Source of the DNA: Nemertoderma westbladi
Lineage: Eukaryota > Animalia > Xenacoelomorpha
DNA: 53,655 nt
NCBI GenBank assembly: GCA_032718475.1
Contig: JAUCBJ010008297.1
Coordinates: 1 to 53,655, forward strand
Direction: 5' to 3'
This document shows, one piece after another, positions 11,113 through 23,629 of this stretch (the first letter of the stretch is position 1; every line of letters begins with the position of its first letter). The notes under the pieces are model-generated. The model was given only the letters and a program-made list of their open reading frames with translations, was not told the DNA's origin and ran no database searches. Made by a program: the position numbers and the translations under genes.

Positions 11113-13558
11113 ACTTCGATTTACTCGCCCGGGTTTTAGGTTTGACTTTCTCCGCTCCCTTGGCTTGTCTAATCTCCGCCGTGGTAAGATGAGGAGGCCA
11201 TTCATCCTCTTCCTTGCTTAGGAAGTCGGGTCCACCTAACCAGTCTGGAGTATCTATCAGTTCTTGTGGAGTTGCTCCCCTGGAGGCGATGTCTGCTGGA
11301 TTAATCGTTCTGGGGCAATGTCTCCATTGATCTATCTTCGTGCGACTAAGTATAATGGCTACTCTGTTGGTAACGAAGACGCTCAACTGGCAGACTTCAT
11401 TGGTTATATACTCCAACACGAGTAAAGCATCGGTCCAATAGACAGTTTTCTCCAGTGGATAGTCGATCTGTTCTGTTACATTCCGGCCGATGGCTGTAGC
11501 GTATAGAGCCGCTTTTAACTCCGCTCGAGGAACTTTCAACTTGTTGTTTATCAAGGCCTTAGAGGTAACCAAGGCGACCTTAATTCCATCCGGAGTTTCA
11601 ACCCTCAGATAGGCTACTATACCTATTCCCATGTCGCTGGCGTCTCCAAACACATGGAGTTGATAGGAATACGTGGGGAGAACGTGACCAAAATAAGAAT
11701 GGGAAATCGTAAGATTCTCGATGGATGGTAGAGAATCTTCCCATTTCATCCACTTCTTTAATAGTTCTCCCTTAAGTGGATCATCCCACGAGTGGTTTTC
11801 AAGCCACATTTGTTGTACTAAACTCCGAGCAATCAATATAACTGGGCTAATAAATCCCAATGGATCGAAATAAGTGCTCAGGATACTTAGACAAATCCAT
11901 TTAGTTCGAATTGGATTATCTCACTGTTTTAGCTGGAAAAACAGGATATCTCTCTCCGTGTCCCATTTCAAACTAAGCGTCTTGGTTTCTGGAAGATCGT
12001 CCTTGATAAGGTCTAGATCTTTAACTCCTCGCTCTTCTACCGGGATCGATTCCAGAAATTCACGGGAGTTACTGGTGAATTTAGTTAATCGAAATCCACC
12101 TCTTTTCAAGCACTCTACCGTTCCCTTGGCGACATCAATGGCTTCTTCCACCGATGGGAGGGACTTTAAATTGTCGTCCATGTATATATCCCGTTTGATG
12201 TTGTCGATAACCTCTTTGGAGAAGGCGTCCCGGTTGTCATCAGCAGTGGTGCACACTACTGAGCAGGCGTTTGAAGGGCTCGAGATGATCCCAAAAGCCT
12301 GGATGGTCATCCAGTACTCCACCGGTTTCTGGTTGAGGTCTCCTTCAGGCCACCACAGAAATCGTAGGCTGTCCCGATCCCTATCCAGCGCCTTAACTTG
12401 TAAGAACATGCCTTCTATATCGGAGGCGAAAGCGATCGAATATTGTCGTAATCTTAAGAGTATTCCCAACAAGGATTGGAGTAAGTTTGGTCCCGGCAAC
12501 AACTCGGAGTTAAGGGATTGGCCCATGTAGAGGGCGGAGCCGTCAAATACTACCCGGACTTCGTGGGTTTACCGGGTTTGGGAACGTAATGATGTGTTAA
12601 ATAGTACGTTCTCTCAGTTATAGGTGTTTCTTCCGGTACTCACTCCACATATCCCTTGTCAATGAATTTCTTCAGCTGGGTCTTGTACATCTCCTTAGCT
12701 GAAGCATTTGCCGTAAGGCGTCGATGTAGTTGCGCAATTCTCTTCTCTGCCAAGGGTCGGTTGTTTATAAAATTGGGTTCTCGCCGTCGGAAAGGCAGAC
12801 CAATCTCATACCTATGTTGATCTTTAAGAAAATGTGTAGTCGTTTCCTGTATCTGCTTGGCTCTTTCCTCTTCTACCGATAGGGCCTTATCGTAGGAATT
12901 GGGCTCTACAGCCTCTTGAGTAAAGAATCGTACGGCGTGTTCATCGCGAGTCTTCGCATTGTAACGATCTATCACTTCATTCAGTTCGTCGTTGTAATCG
13001 ACTTGTCCCGCTGGATGGATGAGGTGACACAGGTTCACTTGGTTTTGCCAAGTTTCATTTTCCGTAAGGAGGTCGATGGTATTCTCCTCGTCGAATAGTT
13101 GATGAATATCGTCATTATCTGAGGAGTATGGTGTTCCCTCAGGTGTGTCATCTCCCTCACTGATTTCCTCTTCCCATTCACTCACCTGGTAGACTTGTTC
13201 TTTAGGTAGCCTTTCCATGAGAGTTCTACGGGAAGGTCCAGTAAAGTACCAACCTACTCTAGTTCTTCCCGCATAGGTTTGCAGTGGTTGCGGTTGAGCA
13301 GGCCGTTTCTCTAATGTCTCAAGCGCCTCATGCGCATTTTGGCCGATGAGTATTTGTACCCCTGGGTAGTCGGTGTTGAATCTAGGTATCTCATGCTGCT
13401 GGGTGAAATCGTCTTCATCCCAGTTATAAGGTTCCACTTGGCTGGTAGCGAAGTTCTTTATCGCCACCATTTTTACTGACCTTATACTGTGTTCTCCTAG
13501 TTCATCCTGGGGGGTGGACAACACGCCTACATAGTAGTCTGTAGCTACTGTAGATTTC
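11113..13558 (-). pseudogene. pol: B: protease C-terminus, reverse transcriptase and RNase H (frameshifted)
   Basis: RYEIGLPF, SLNSELLPGPNL, DIEGMFLQV, RDSLRFLW, FGIISSP, IYMDD, LHVFGDAS, VPRAEL, WTDALLVL, NPADIASRG. Confidence 0.92.
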
Positions 13559-13844
13559 TGTAAAAGCTTTTGCTGAATTGTCCGGTTATTTTTCCTTATT
13601 TTTCCCGTAAAATACTCTGTAGTTGGTTTACCAGGCATAAAAAGGCCGTGTCCTTGCTGTACTGGTGTTTTAGCGGACATAAAAGCTATTTCTTCTGTAT
13701 TTGTACTTTAGAGGACATAATCCGTAATTCCGTGACGTAAAAGCTCGATACTCTTGAAAACAGTGTCGCTACCATGACGACGGCTAGCAGCTGATATTGC
13801 CACGTCGACGTTTCTTTGTTTCTTTGTTCTCTCGTTGTTCAGGT

Positions 13845-13860
13845 TGACCAATCAGAGCGT
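13845..13860 (+). promoter_or_regulatory. CCAAT box in U3
   Basis: CCAATCAG(A/G)GCG conserved in the A (about 6766), C and B (about 33455, minus) LTRs within otherwise divergent sequence. Confidence 0.5.
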
Positions 13861-13999
13861 TTGTTGTCTCTGTGTTGGAGGTGTATACAGAAACTCAGTA
13901 GTTCAGTGTTATGTTTTGCCCAGAGCCTAAGAACCGGCTTTTGGCACCTCCGTGTTTTCAGTTTTTAGTCCTACACTAGTAGGCTTAATTATAAGGACA

Positions 14000-14011
14000 T
14001 ATATCCGTTAT
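14000..14011 (+). other. Putative self-primer sequence in the LTR of C
   Basis: TATATCCGTTAT is the exact reverse complement of 14740-14751. Confidence 0.75.
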
Positions 14012-14739
14012 CTGCATACTGCAGTACTGCATACACTGCATACTGTGTAACACTGTGCATACTTTATATTGTTATACTGCTATTTACTGTCAGTTCTTCA
14101 TAATATGGTTGATGAATTATTATATTTGGAATAACGACAAATAACCCCGAAAACCCAATATTCTTGATATACCGAAGGTAAGAGAGAAAGGTTACAGATA
14201 AATGATTGCGACCTATGTTGAGTGGTTTGAAGTGAATCTAATGTTATTTGATAGACCCTACATGATTTGGTCCGTGTTCCTTTTATATGTGACTAAAATC
14301 AGTGAAGATCGGCAGATCAGTGTGCAGTATTGTGCAGCATTGTGTATGAGTGAGACTGATAACGAAGCATTTCCTAAAGAATGCGCCATATATGTGAATT
14401 GTAACTAAGCCATATCGTTGTGAGTAGTTTAAGTCATAACTCTGTTTATATAGATAGAGCGCCACGTCCTAAAGGAACTGTTAATATTCCCTGAAGGTGA
14501 ATAATATTGTCAGAGATTATATAATACTGTCAGTCGAATAATACATTAGGCTTACATAGCAATAAGATTAAGCTGTCGAAATCAATCTCCCGGGTATATC
14601 CAACGGGTGAATGATCGCGCACAGATTGGTTTCAACTAGTGTAGTGAATCAAATACTTGTTAGAGGCTAAAGCGATTTATTATCTAGAAGACATCCTAAT
14701 TTGGCGGGTTAAACTGCCAAAGGTCTGAAAGCGCGAACA

Positions 14740-14751
14740 ATAACGGATATA
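14740..14751 (+). other. Primer-binding site of C (non-tRNA type)
   Basis: ATAACGGATATA directly follows the LTR CA, with no TGG. Confidence 0.75.
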
Positions 14752-14799
14752 GCTTCTTTATTGCAGTAAGCAATAAAGTTGAAAGTACCGGTCAACCGG

Positions 14800-14940
14800 T
14801 AAACCTGAACGGTACTTCAGTAGGTCAGTAGGCCCAACTGCCAGAACCGGTACTGCCGTAGGCCCGTAGGTCCAACTGCCAGAACCGGTACTTCTGTAGG
14901 TCCGTAGGCCTAACTGTCCTAACCGGTACTTCCGTATAAG
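14800..14940 (+). repeat. About 34-bp tandem repeat (about 4 copies) in the C leader
   Basis: AACCGGTACTTCnGTAGGTCCGTAGGCCnAACTG units. Confidence 0.75.
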
Positions 14941-15107
14941 TACAGCAGTATTATTCGATTTGATTATATATGCCGGTAGGTCTTAATAATTAATCGGGGA
15001 CGCCTGGTTTTTATTGGGATTTTACTTAGGCCTATTTCTGTCAGTTTTATTTATTTGTAGGCCAGTATTGAGCAGAAGGCGTGTAAGCCTGATCAGATTG
15101 TACAGAC

Positions 15108-15680
15108 AATTTGTAGGCTGAGCTGTTGTCTGATTGCTGTTAAGTCTGAACGGATTGCAGTGTGTGTAGATCACCTGTCCGATAAAGAACGGTTAGGAAG
15201 TAGGGGCAGCGAACGCTGTAAGGTAAACCCCCAATTAAAGAATAAGTCGTACTACTGGGTTAGAACGCATACTACCTAATTATTTCGGAGTCTGCATGTC
15301 CTGTAGTTTATTTAGGCTTGAGAGTAGTCTGTCATCGTTTAGTCTGTACTTTGTTTGTGTAAGTCTGTACGGGTAGCGTATAATTTTATTTAGATAATTT
15401 GTAGGCTGGATAGTTGTCTGGCTGTTATTAGGTCTGAACGGATTGCAGCGTGTGTAGATCACTTGTCCGATAAAGAACGGTTAGGAAGTAGGGGCAGCGA
15501 ATGCTGTAAGGTAAACCCCCAACTAAAGAATAAGTCGTACTACTGGGTTAGAACGCATACTACCTAATCATTTCGGAGTCTGCATGTCCTGTAGTTTATT
15601 TAGGCTTGATAGTAGTCTGTCAGTATTTGGTCTGCATTTTGTTTGAGTAGTTTGTATGCGTAGCGTAATATTTATTATTC
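15108..15680 (+). repeat. About 288-bp tandem duplication in the C leader
   Basis: 15108-15395 resembles 15396-15680; single copy in B (about 31900-32185, minus). Confidence 0.85.
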
Positions 15681-16984
15681 AGAGTTTATGCGATTATCCG
15701 CAACATTCATTTCCCAAGTTTGTTCCTACAGTAATTGTGTTTGTTATACATACCGCTATAGTTAAATTAACCCCGGTACTACACGGGCTGCTAGGCGTAG
15801 GTAAAGACTGGTGATTCTGTGCATCGGTCACTCCAGCAGATGCCGTGGTTCTTTTAGCTGTTCAAGTATTTTTAACTACAGATTATATGTTATACAAGTA
15901 CTCGTACCTAATTTAGGGTTTAGTGTACAGTGCTTTCCGAAAGTAATTAGTGTAGGCATTATATTTGTGTTGTAAAGTGGTTGATAGGCACGTTCGATTA
16001 GCTCTATTAGCTTCTAGGTAGGGACACTCCGTGATACATAACGTAGTACCTATAGCGATACGGCTATAGGTCGTCAGGCGGTGGTATTTTCCTATCTGGA
16101 CAACGCAGTGTATTTACTACTACTTATTATTTTCAAATACCGTAGTACCCTGTCCGTTGTAATAACCAGATTCTAACCCTTTGTTAGGCTGGTTTGTAGA
16201 CTTCTTGTAAAATTACCCTGAAAATTCGTATTTTGTGTTTTTTGTAAATTTTTGTGTTTATTTAGAGATTGTAATCTCACCCGAATTGTACGTAATTTGT
16301 AGTATTAAGTAACTTAGGTAAATTAGTATTATTTGTTTTAGTGTCCTATAAGTAACACTTCACTGAAAGCACACCGCTTTGTGTAGTGATTACTCCCCAG
16401 AAATAATAACATTTATTTCAAACATTGACAAAACCCATTAAAGGGTATATATATATTATAAATCAATTCAAAAGATTTATAAATAGTAGGCCTACCATAC
16501 AACCATTAGGTCTCCATATCAGTTGGTCTACTGCTCAAATAGCGGTAATAAAGTAAGTAAAGTAACCAAGTAACCCTAAAAATTCAGAAATTCAATTATT
16601 TAAAATAATTGATATACCGGTATTTACGATAGGCCTATTATCTTTATTTCTATAAATTTAGGCTGAAATTATACCGGTACTTGTAATTAATTCTAGTCCA
16701 GAATTATATACTACAAAACTGTAAGCTGTATACTGGTATTCCCGATAGGCCTATTATATATTATATATATTTGTGCTAAAATTATACCGGTATTCTGTGA
16801 TAAACCTAGTCTGTAATAATCGTTATATATACTATAAGCATACCGGTATTCTAATATATTATATATATCACGCTACACTGAGTAGCAGTATCGGTAATTA
16901 ATTACTAGGCTAGCAGTTAATACTGAATTACTAGACTTGCTCAGACTGTAATACAGCAGTAGACATTCAACTGTATACATAAAC

Positions 16985-19900
16985 ATGTCTGATACTAAGC
17001 AGAACCTGTCAGACAGTTTATTAGATGTAACTATCTGCGACTCAGACAGAGATGTAGAACTGTCTAGTCGTAAGTTCAGTTCACCTCCCACTGTGAGGAA
17101 AGTCATCCCTCCAGTAGTAATAAAAGAACCTAGGCTGGTTCAACATCGTAGGTCTATCATAGGCACTCGAGCTCAGGTCAAACGGGACCAAGAAGCAGCG
17201 GAACAGCAACAACCCGCGAGCCAAGAACTTACTTCTCAACGGCCCGATAGCTCCAGTAGTGAAGATACGGTAGAACTGACACCCGAACGCGGAGCAAGGA
17301 TGACGGATGAGGTTTATTCGGATCCCCTTCTCATCCTTCCTGCAGCCGTACTCACTAGATTATTGATCGCTGTGGAAGAACACCAGATCGATTGGGCGAG
17401 AAGCCAGCGTTCCACTAGAGATAGTTATGCTGGATACACAAGGGAAGAACTGAAGTCCATGGTTGAGTCGCAATGGAACTTTCCCGGACCCGGACTCCCG
17501 TTTGATTTATCAGAAGCTGCCTGGGAAGACATACACCGGATGGGAGTAGCCAAGGAAACCATCGATCCAGCTGTGTGGAAGAGGTCCGCAGCCGGATACG
17601 CATAGGGATTCTTCAGCTCTATAGAGCGATTAAAAGAACAACTGTTTCATCAACCTCAAGGACCTCAAGAGCAGGGATTGCTGCTTTATCAAGTTAGAGA
17701 AAGAATTCTACGAATCAGGCTAATCTTATCAGCCTTTGAGGAGGCTTCTAAACGAAGACAAGACACGTCGTTGCAAGTCGCCGTAAAGACTTGGTTTCAA
17801 AGGGTGAATCTCCAGGTTCAAGGAACAGCTCAGTGGAAAGCTCAGCTAGAGGAGCGATCAACCCATGGAGAATCAACAGACGCTACTTTTTCCCAAGTGG
17901 AAAGTGAAGCGACGGCAGAGAAACCGCATAAGAGGGATGCCATTGACATCTATCTGTCGGACTATCAACGTTTTTTAGGTAATGACGAGTTGAGGAGAAG
18001 GTTAGAGGGACTTAGCCCTAATAGTGAAGGAACCAAGCTTGTGTTGGATGCCATCGATGTGGAAATGAGAGCTGCGAATCAGGCTAAATTCGATGAACAA
18101 CTCCGCATCGCTAGAGACCAAGAGGAAAGGGTTAAGAAAAAACGTATAGAAGACAGAAAGGCAGCGGCAGTAGCAGCAGCAGTGGCATCGGCAGAAGCGG
18201 AAAGAAAGGCGGCAGCGGCAGAGGCAGAAGCGGGAAGAAAGGCGGCAGCGGCAGAAGCCGAAGCGGAAAGAAAGGCGGCAGCGGCAGAGGCCGAAGCGGA
18301 AAGAAAGGCGACAGCGGCAGAGGCCAAAGTGGAAAGAAAAGTGGCAGAGGCAGTAGCAGAAGCAGAACGGAGAGCGACTGAAGAAATCACCCAGTTAGAA
18401 TTGGAAAACATTCAGGAGAATCAAGACTGCATAAATAAACAGTTAACAGCTAGCAATATGCAGATGATGAATCGATCTACTCCCAAACGACAGGGATATA
18501 CATCATCTGAGGAAGGTGATACCACCGATACTGAAGGCAAAGGAAATAGATCTCGTTTAAGCAGACGTAAAAGAACATTCCACCGTCAGAAATTGCCTGA
18601 TTTGCCTCCAGCTGTTAGAAGGCAACTAAATAACACCAACTTAGGTAGTACAGAGCCCACAGACCAAATAATTAAAATAGAAAGACTCCCTACTATAGTA
18701 GATGAGCCTGAAATAATTAGGCCTGTTCTTGAAATCACCCCTTCGGTGATAGACATACCTGTGCTCCCTGAGACTACCTCTAAATTCCCTTTGCATAGCA
18801 CTAAGCTACCTGTGCCCCGTAGAACTGCCCCGGATACAGTTCAGGTCCTGGACCCCGAGCGAATTATTCATAATTTGTCGCCCGTTGTCCCTCGTCCGCC
18901 CGCTACAACGTTGGCGACTCCCGCTTCGGCGGTCGAATGGGTGGACGAGAGACGGCGGGGGATGGATATCCTGCTCGGGCAGATGCAGGAGACTGTCCAG
19001 CAATTCAAGGGCACAGTAAGGGAAAGTAGGCTAGAGTTGCAAGAAGTGCAGCAAAGTATCGCGCTAGAACGCGATAAATTAGTAAATACTCAAAGAGGTA
19101 TACCACCACCCGCTGTAACAATGTGTCAACCTGTTAGGTCTGAAGTATCGCATGCGCAAGGTGTGGAGCCTACACGCATCTATACTGCTAGCGAAGTAGA
19201 AACTCCTATAGTGAACCCAATTAAGGGTAATTATAGACCTGTTGATAATGATATTCCATATAGAACTGATCATAATCCGAGAAATTTATATACCGATAAC
19301 TCGATATTAAATAACACGATGGCCCAAGAAAGTTTTACGCGTCAAATGGCTAGAACCGAAGCCCGGCAAGCGGTAAAGGTGGGAGAGATCGTCAAGTTCA
19401 ATGGAGATGAGATGAAATGGTTATCTTTTAATGAATATTATAAAGATAACATACAGAACTCTGTACTATCTAACGGAGAGAAACTTAGATTCCTCATCGA
19501 ATGTTTGGAAGGACCTCCCAAGTCAATGGCGTTAAAATTTATTGGACATCCAGATGGATTAAGACAAGTTTGGGATACACTAAACATCAGGTATGGTAAC
19601 AGGACTAACATAGCTAGGTATTTATATGCGAAATTAATGGCGCCCCGAAAGTTTCTTAGCAGCGGGATTATAGAGTTTTCCGATGAGATTCAGGAGATCT
19701 GTAGACAACTAGATTGGTTAGGTAAGTCTCATGAATACCAGAATTCTATGGTTGTAGGAGCCTTAGCATCTACTTTGCCCAAGGGTGGAGTAGGTACACG
19801 CTGGGACAAGAAGGTGTTATATATGATGGAACAACAACGACGAGACCCTACCATGACTGATCTCATGTCATTCTTAGATAGAGAAGTGAAATTACAGCTC

Positions 19901-21970
19901 CTAAGGCAGTCCAGAGAGAAGACACTGGAAAACAAGGTAAGTGAGAAACCCGTTTCTAGGAGAAGGGTAACACCAGTATGTTATACCGACGACGGTGAAA
20001 GCCAAACTTCTCAAGGAGAGGACAGCGGGAAAGACACTGACAGATCTTATTATGTCAATAAATTGCCTAAAGATCAGGTAAGTAAATCCGAGTCTCGACC
20101 CAATGACAGAAGGGAACCGGTACAAAAAACCCTTCCTACGTCTCCTAAAAGAATTCAGGTGAGAAAGCCCGAGGAAAGAACAAGTGTGCACCACATAGCA
20201 CAGGTTAAAGTAAGTAACATCAAGCCGAAATGTGTGCTGTGCGACGGGCCCCACCGTTTAAATGCGTGTGATAAATTCCTGAGGAAATCACTAAAGGATA
20301 GACGTGAAGTCATGTGGGATAAGCGGTTGTGTTATAATTGCCTCAGACGAGGACACCAACGGCGAACCTGTAACTCCGACGCAAGGTGTGCAAAGTGCGG
20401 CGCAAAACATCATATCTTGTTGCACACGGAATTCGAACGAAACAGCTCGAGTCAGGTAAGTGAGTCCGAACTACATGTCCAATTCAGTGATGTGAACGAC
20501 ACTGATCAATCTGAGATGGAAGGATTCTATACGGACGAGTTCTCCGACCAAAACGAATCCTGTTACCTAATAAACACCACCGCAGTGTATCGAGCACTCG
20601 TACATGAGAAAGACACAGACAGCGACCTTACCTTAACTACTTCCGATCAACAACCATCTTGGAAAGCGCCAACTTCCAATATAGGAATCCGAGAATTTCC
20701 TGTAGTCCAGTTACGGGTCCACGGACCTCAGAAGAGCTATATAGTGAACGCCCTCCTGGACTCCGGTAGCACAGGAACATTCATCGATAAAGAACTAGCC
20801 GAAGTCATCTTTGCTGGACAACCCAAGTTCCGAACCAAGCTAAACATGTCAGGGATCATGCAGGTTTGGAATTCTACTGTAGCTGCCGACTATTATATAG
20901 GTGAGTTGTCCACTCCACAGGATAAACTAGGAGAATACAGTATAAGGTCAGTCAAAATGGTGGCAATAAAGAACTTCGCTACCACCCAAGTGGAACCTTA
21001 TAATTGGGACGAAGATGATCATGCCCAACGACTTAACATTCCTAGATTCGACACCGATTATCCTGGAGTACAAATATTAATCGGTCAAAACGCGCATGAG
21101 GCGCTGGAGACATTGGAGAAACGACCTGCTCAACCGCAACCACTTCAGACCTATGCGGTAAGAACTAGAGTAGGTTGGTACCTTACTGGACCTTCCCGTA
21201 GAACGCTCAGGGAAAGACTGCTTCAAGATCGCGTCTGCCAGGTGAGTGAATGGGAAGATGATACTAGTGAGGGAGACGACCCAACTGAGGGAACACCACA
21301 CTCCTCAGATAATGACAATCTTAGCTCCAATGTAGATCAATGGAGATATTGCCCCAAGAAGTTTAATCCAACTGACATCGCTTCCAGAGGAGCAACTCCT
21401 CAAGAACTGACAGATACTACAGACCGGTTAGGTGAACCCGACTTCCTGAGTAAGGAGGATGAATGGCCTCCCCATCTTACTCCGACTGAGATTAGACCAG
21501 CCAAGGGAGCGGAGAAAGTTAAACCTAAAACCCGGACGGGTGGAGCGGAGTTATTTGAACCCGGGATAGATCTGTCGGTATTACATATTGCCAGGGACGA
21601 CGCCGTGGATCTGGACCTCCCCACCGCGAGTGGATCCTTCATGAAGATCAGAGAGAGCGATTGGAGCTCTGGAACATCAGACGTCTCGCAGGGACTCTCA
21701 CCTCTCCTGCAGAGAGTGACGGACCACTATAGCTCCTGGAATCGGCTTTGTGACGCCGTCATATACTTTGAGCGATGTTTCTATCGTCACTATTCCAGGA
21801 CGAAGAGGAAACCTGGAATTGTATTCAGGATGCAGCGACTCAATCACCCAGTCGGTCGTTTGTGTTTACCGGAAGGGAATGGAGGACTCTCCGGAAACTG
21901 TGGAAGGCAAGATTCTCATCCCACGACCACCTCCCTAATCCTTCAAACATCTAGGGACTCCATAACGTAA
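16985..21970 (+). CDS. gag-pro: Gag-protease polyprotein of C, one frame with a single in-frame TAG (17603-17605); RT, most of RNase H and IN deleted
   Basis: ORFs 16985-17605 and 17678-21970 are in the same frame; same domains as A; B has CAG at the TAG position. Confidence 0.9.
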
Positions 21971-23629
21971 CAACATATGGAGTGGGCGTGTGACTCTATT
22001 ATTTTATATTATTTTATTGTTTTTATATTTACGTATGTATTACTATGTAATTTTATTATAATCGTTTTATTTAATTTTATTTACTAGAATATTATTTAGC
22101 GATTATTTAGTAGAATAGTGCAATATATTCGTGTTTATTGCGTACGTAATTACTTATAATATATATTTAGTGCGACGGCAAGAAATAATTCTTTTCCTTC
22201 TTCCTTACTGTCCGTATTACATTACAAATACGTAACTACAGTAAGATGAAATGTCCGTACTTATTAAAGTACAATAAAGCCACTACTATATTTAAGTATT
22301 ATTGGTAGGCAGAGTATTAGGAATGCAAAGTTCAGATCCTCGTGTCTCGGCTAAACCAAGCTCTGGGTAGACCTTGGAAACGACTTGCCTCTTCACACTG
22401 ACATTGCTTCGTGCGATATTGCTCTCATACCGTATATTAAATAATACATATAGTAGCGTGATGTCCCTTTAACAGTAGCGTATAACGCAAAATAAATCTG
22501 TTAAACCCTTTGACCATCTGTAATTCTAGTCGATTAAGATATCGCGGCACCCACCGATATACTTGAAAGACAAATTCTAGAATCAGTGGTTAACGTCCCC
22601 AGACAAGTTCTGGAATAAATCGGTGCCCATCTCAAATATTAATTATTTAATATTTGCAAATCTAATAAATCAAAATCTGTAAAATTCAGATCCTTCAACA
22701 ATTCTAGTCAATTAAGATATCGTACCATTTACCGATATTCTTAAAAAAGACAATTGTCATAGAATTAAGGATCTTGTGTCCCTAGACATGTTCTAGAATC
22801 AAAATATGTCCATTTAATTATCAAATAATAAAATTTCAGGGAATAAATTTAAATTCATGCCTTTTAATGAATTTAATAAATTGCCATTTTTACGCAATTT
22901 ATAAAGTTCCCAAAATTCCATTAATTAATAGATCAAGGGAGCGGAGATTTATCTTATCATGCGTATGAGTGTGTGAAAGTCTCCCAAACATAGTCAATAG
23001 CCGATAAAATTCATAAAGTCATGTATAAAACAGAACATTGACTATTAAAGAATACTATTAAATAACATCCCAGATCTGTATGCATTGGAATTACCCTAAT
23101 TCTACCGCTAGCTTTGCATAATGTCACCATAGCAACAACCACGCTAGAATTAGAATTGAGTTAAAAGAACAATAGAAAGCTTGTCCCATTGAATAGCATA
23201 GGGAATAAATAGCGCACTACTAGTATCCAAGGATACATAATAATACAGTGACATTCTGGAAGGCATTGACTAACGGACAAATGGCCCGAATGTGTGTAAT
23301 TTGTGACAAGTTGTGTGTGTGGTATTTGTGAGTTTATAGGTGAATGTTACTGCTAAGGTGTGTTTACAGTAGCTAGTCGCAATCGTAAAAGTAATCTAAC
23401 TCTCCAAGGAAAACCTGAAGTACATCTAAGCCTTTGGGACGGACAGTCGAGTGACTTGTGCCGGTCGTCGTTGTCGTTGTGCGGCTACGTCGTTGGCGAA
23501 AGTACAGCGGCGACGACACATCGGCGCTGAGGATCTCGTACTGTCCGGGGGTTAATTGGGGTAGGCAGCGACGCTCGCTAGCCTAAATATAAACTCCTTA
23601 TAATATGGATAAACTCATATATAGCAGAT

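Larger units (their letters stand above)
13559..14739 (+). repeat. 5' LTR of C
   Basis: TGTAAAAGC...GCGCGAACA; only two differences from the 3' LTR seen by eye (near 14268-14273). Confidence 0.97.

Noticed and set aside
12640-13680. 346-aa ORF as a gene (likewise 8101-8853)
   Set aside because: Chimeric frames running from inserted DNA into B pol.
14202-14465. Small ORFs in the LTRs (also 25635-25898)
   Set aside because: Repeated only because the LTRs are duplicated; not conserved as ORFs in A or B.
14740-14760. Canonical tRNA PBS
   Set aside because: No TGG near the LTR end in B or C, and the LTR boundaries are fixed by the LTR pair and the TSD.
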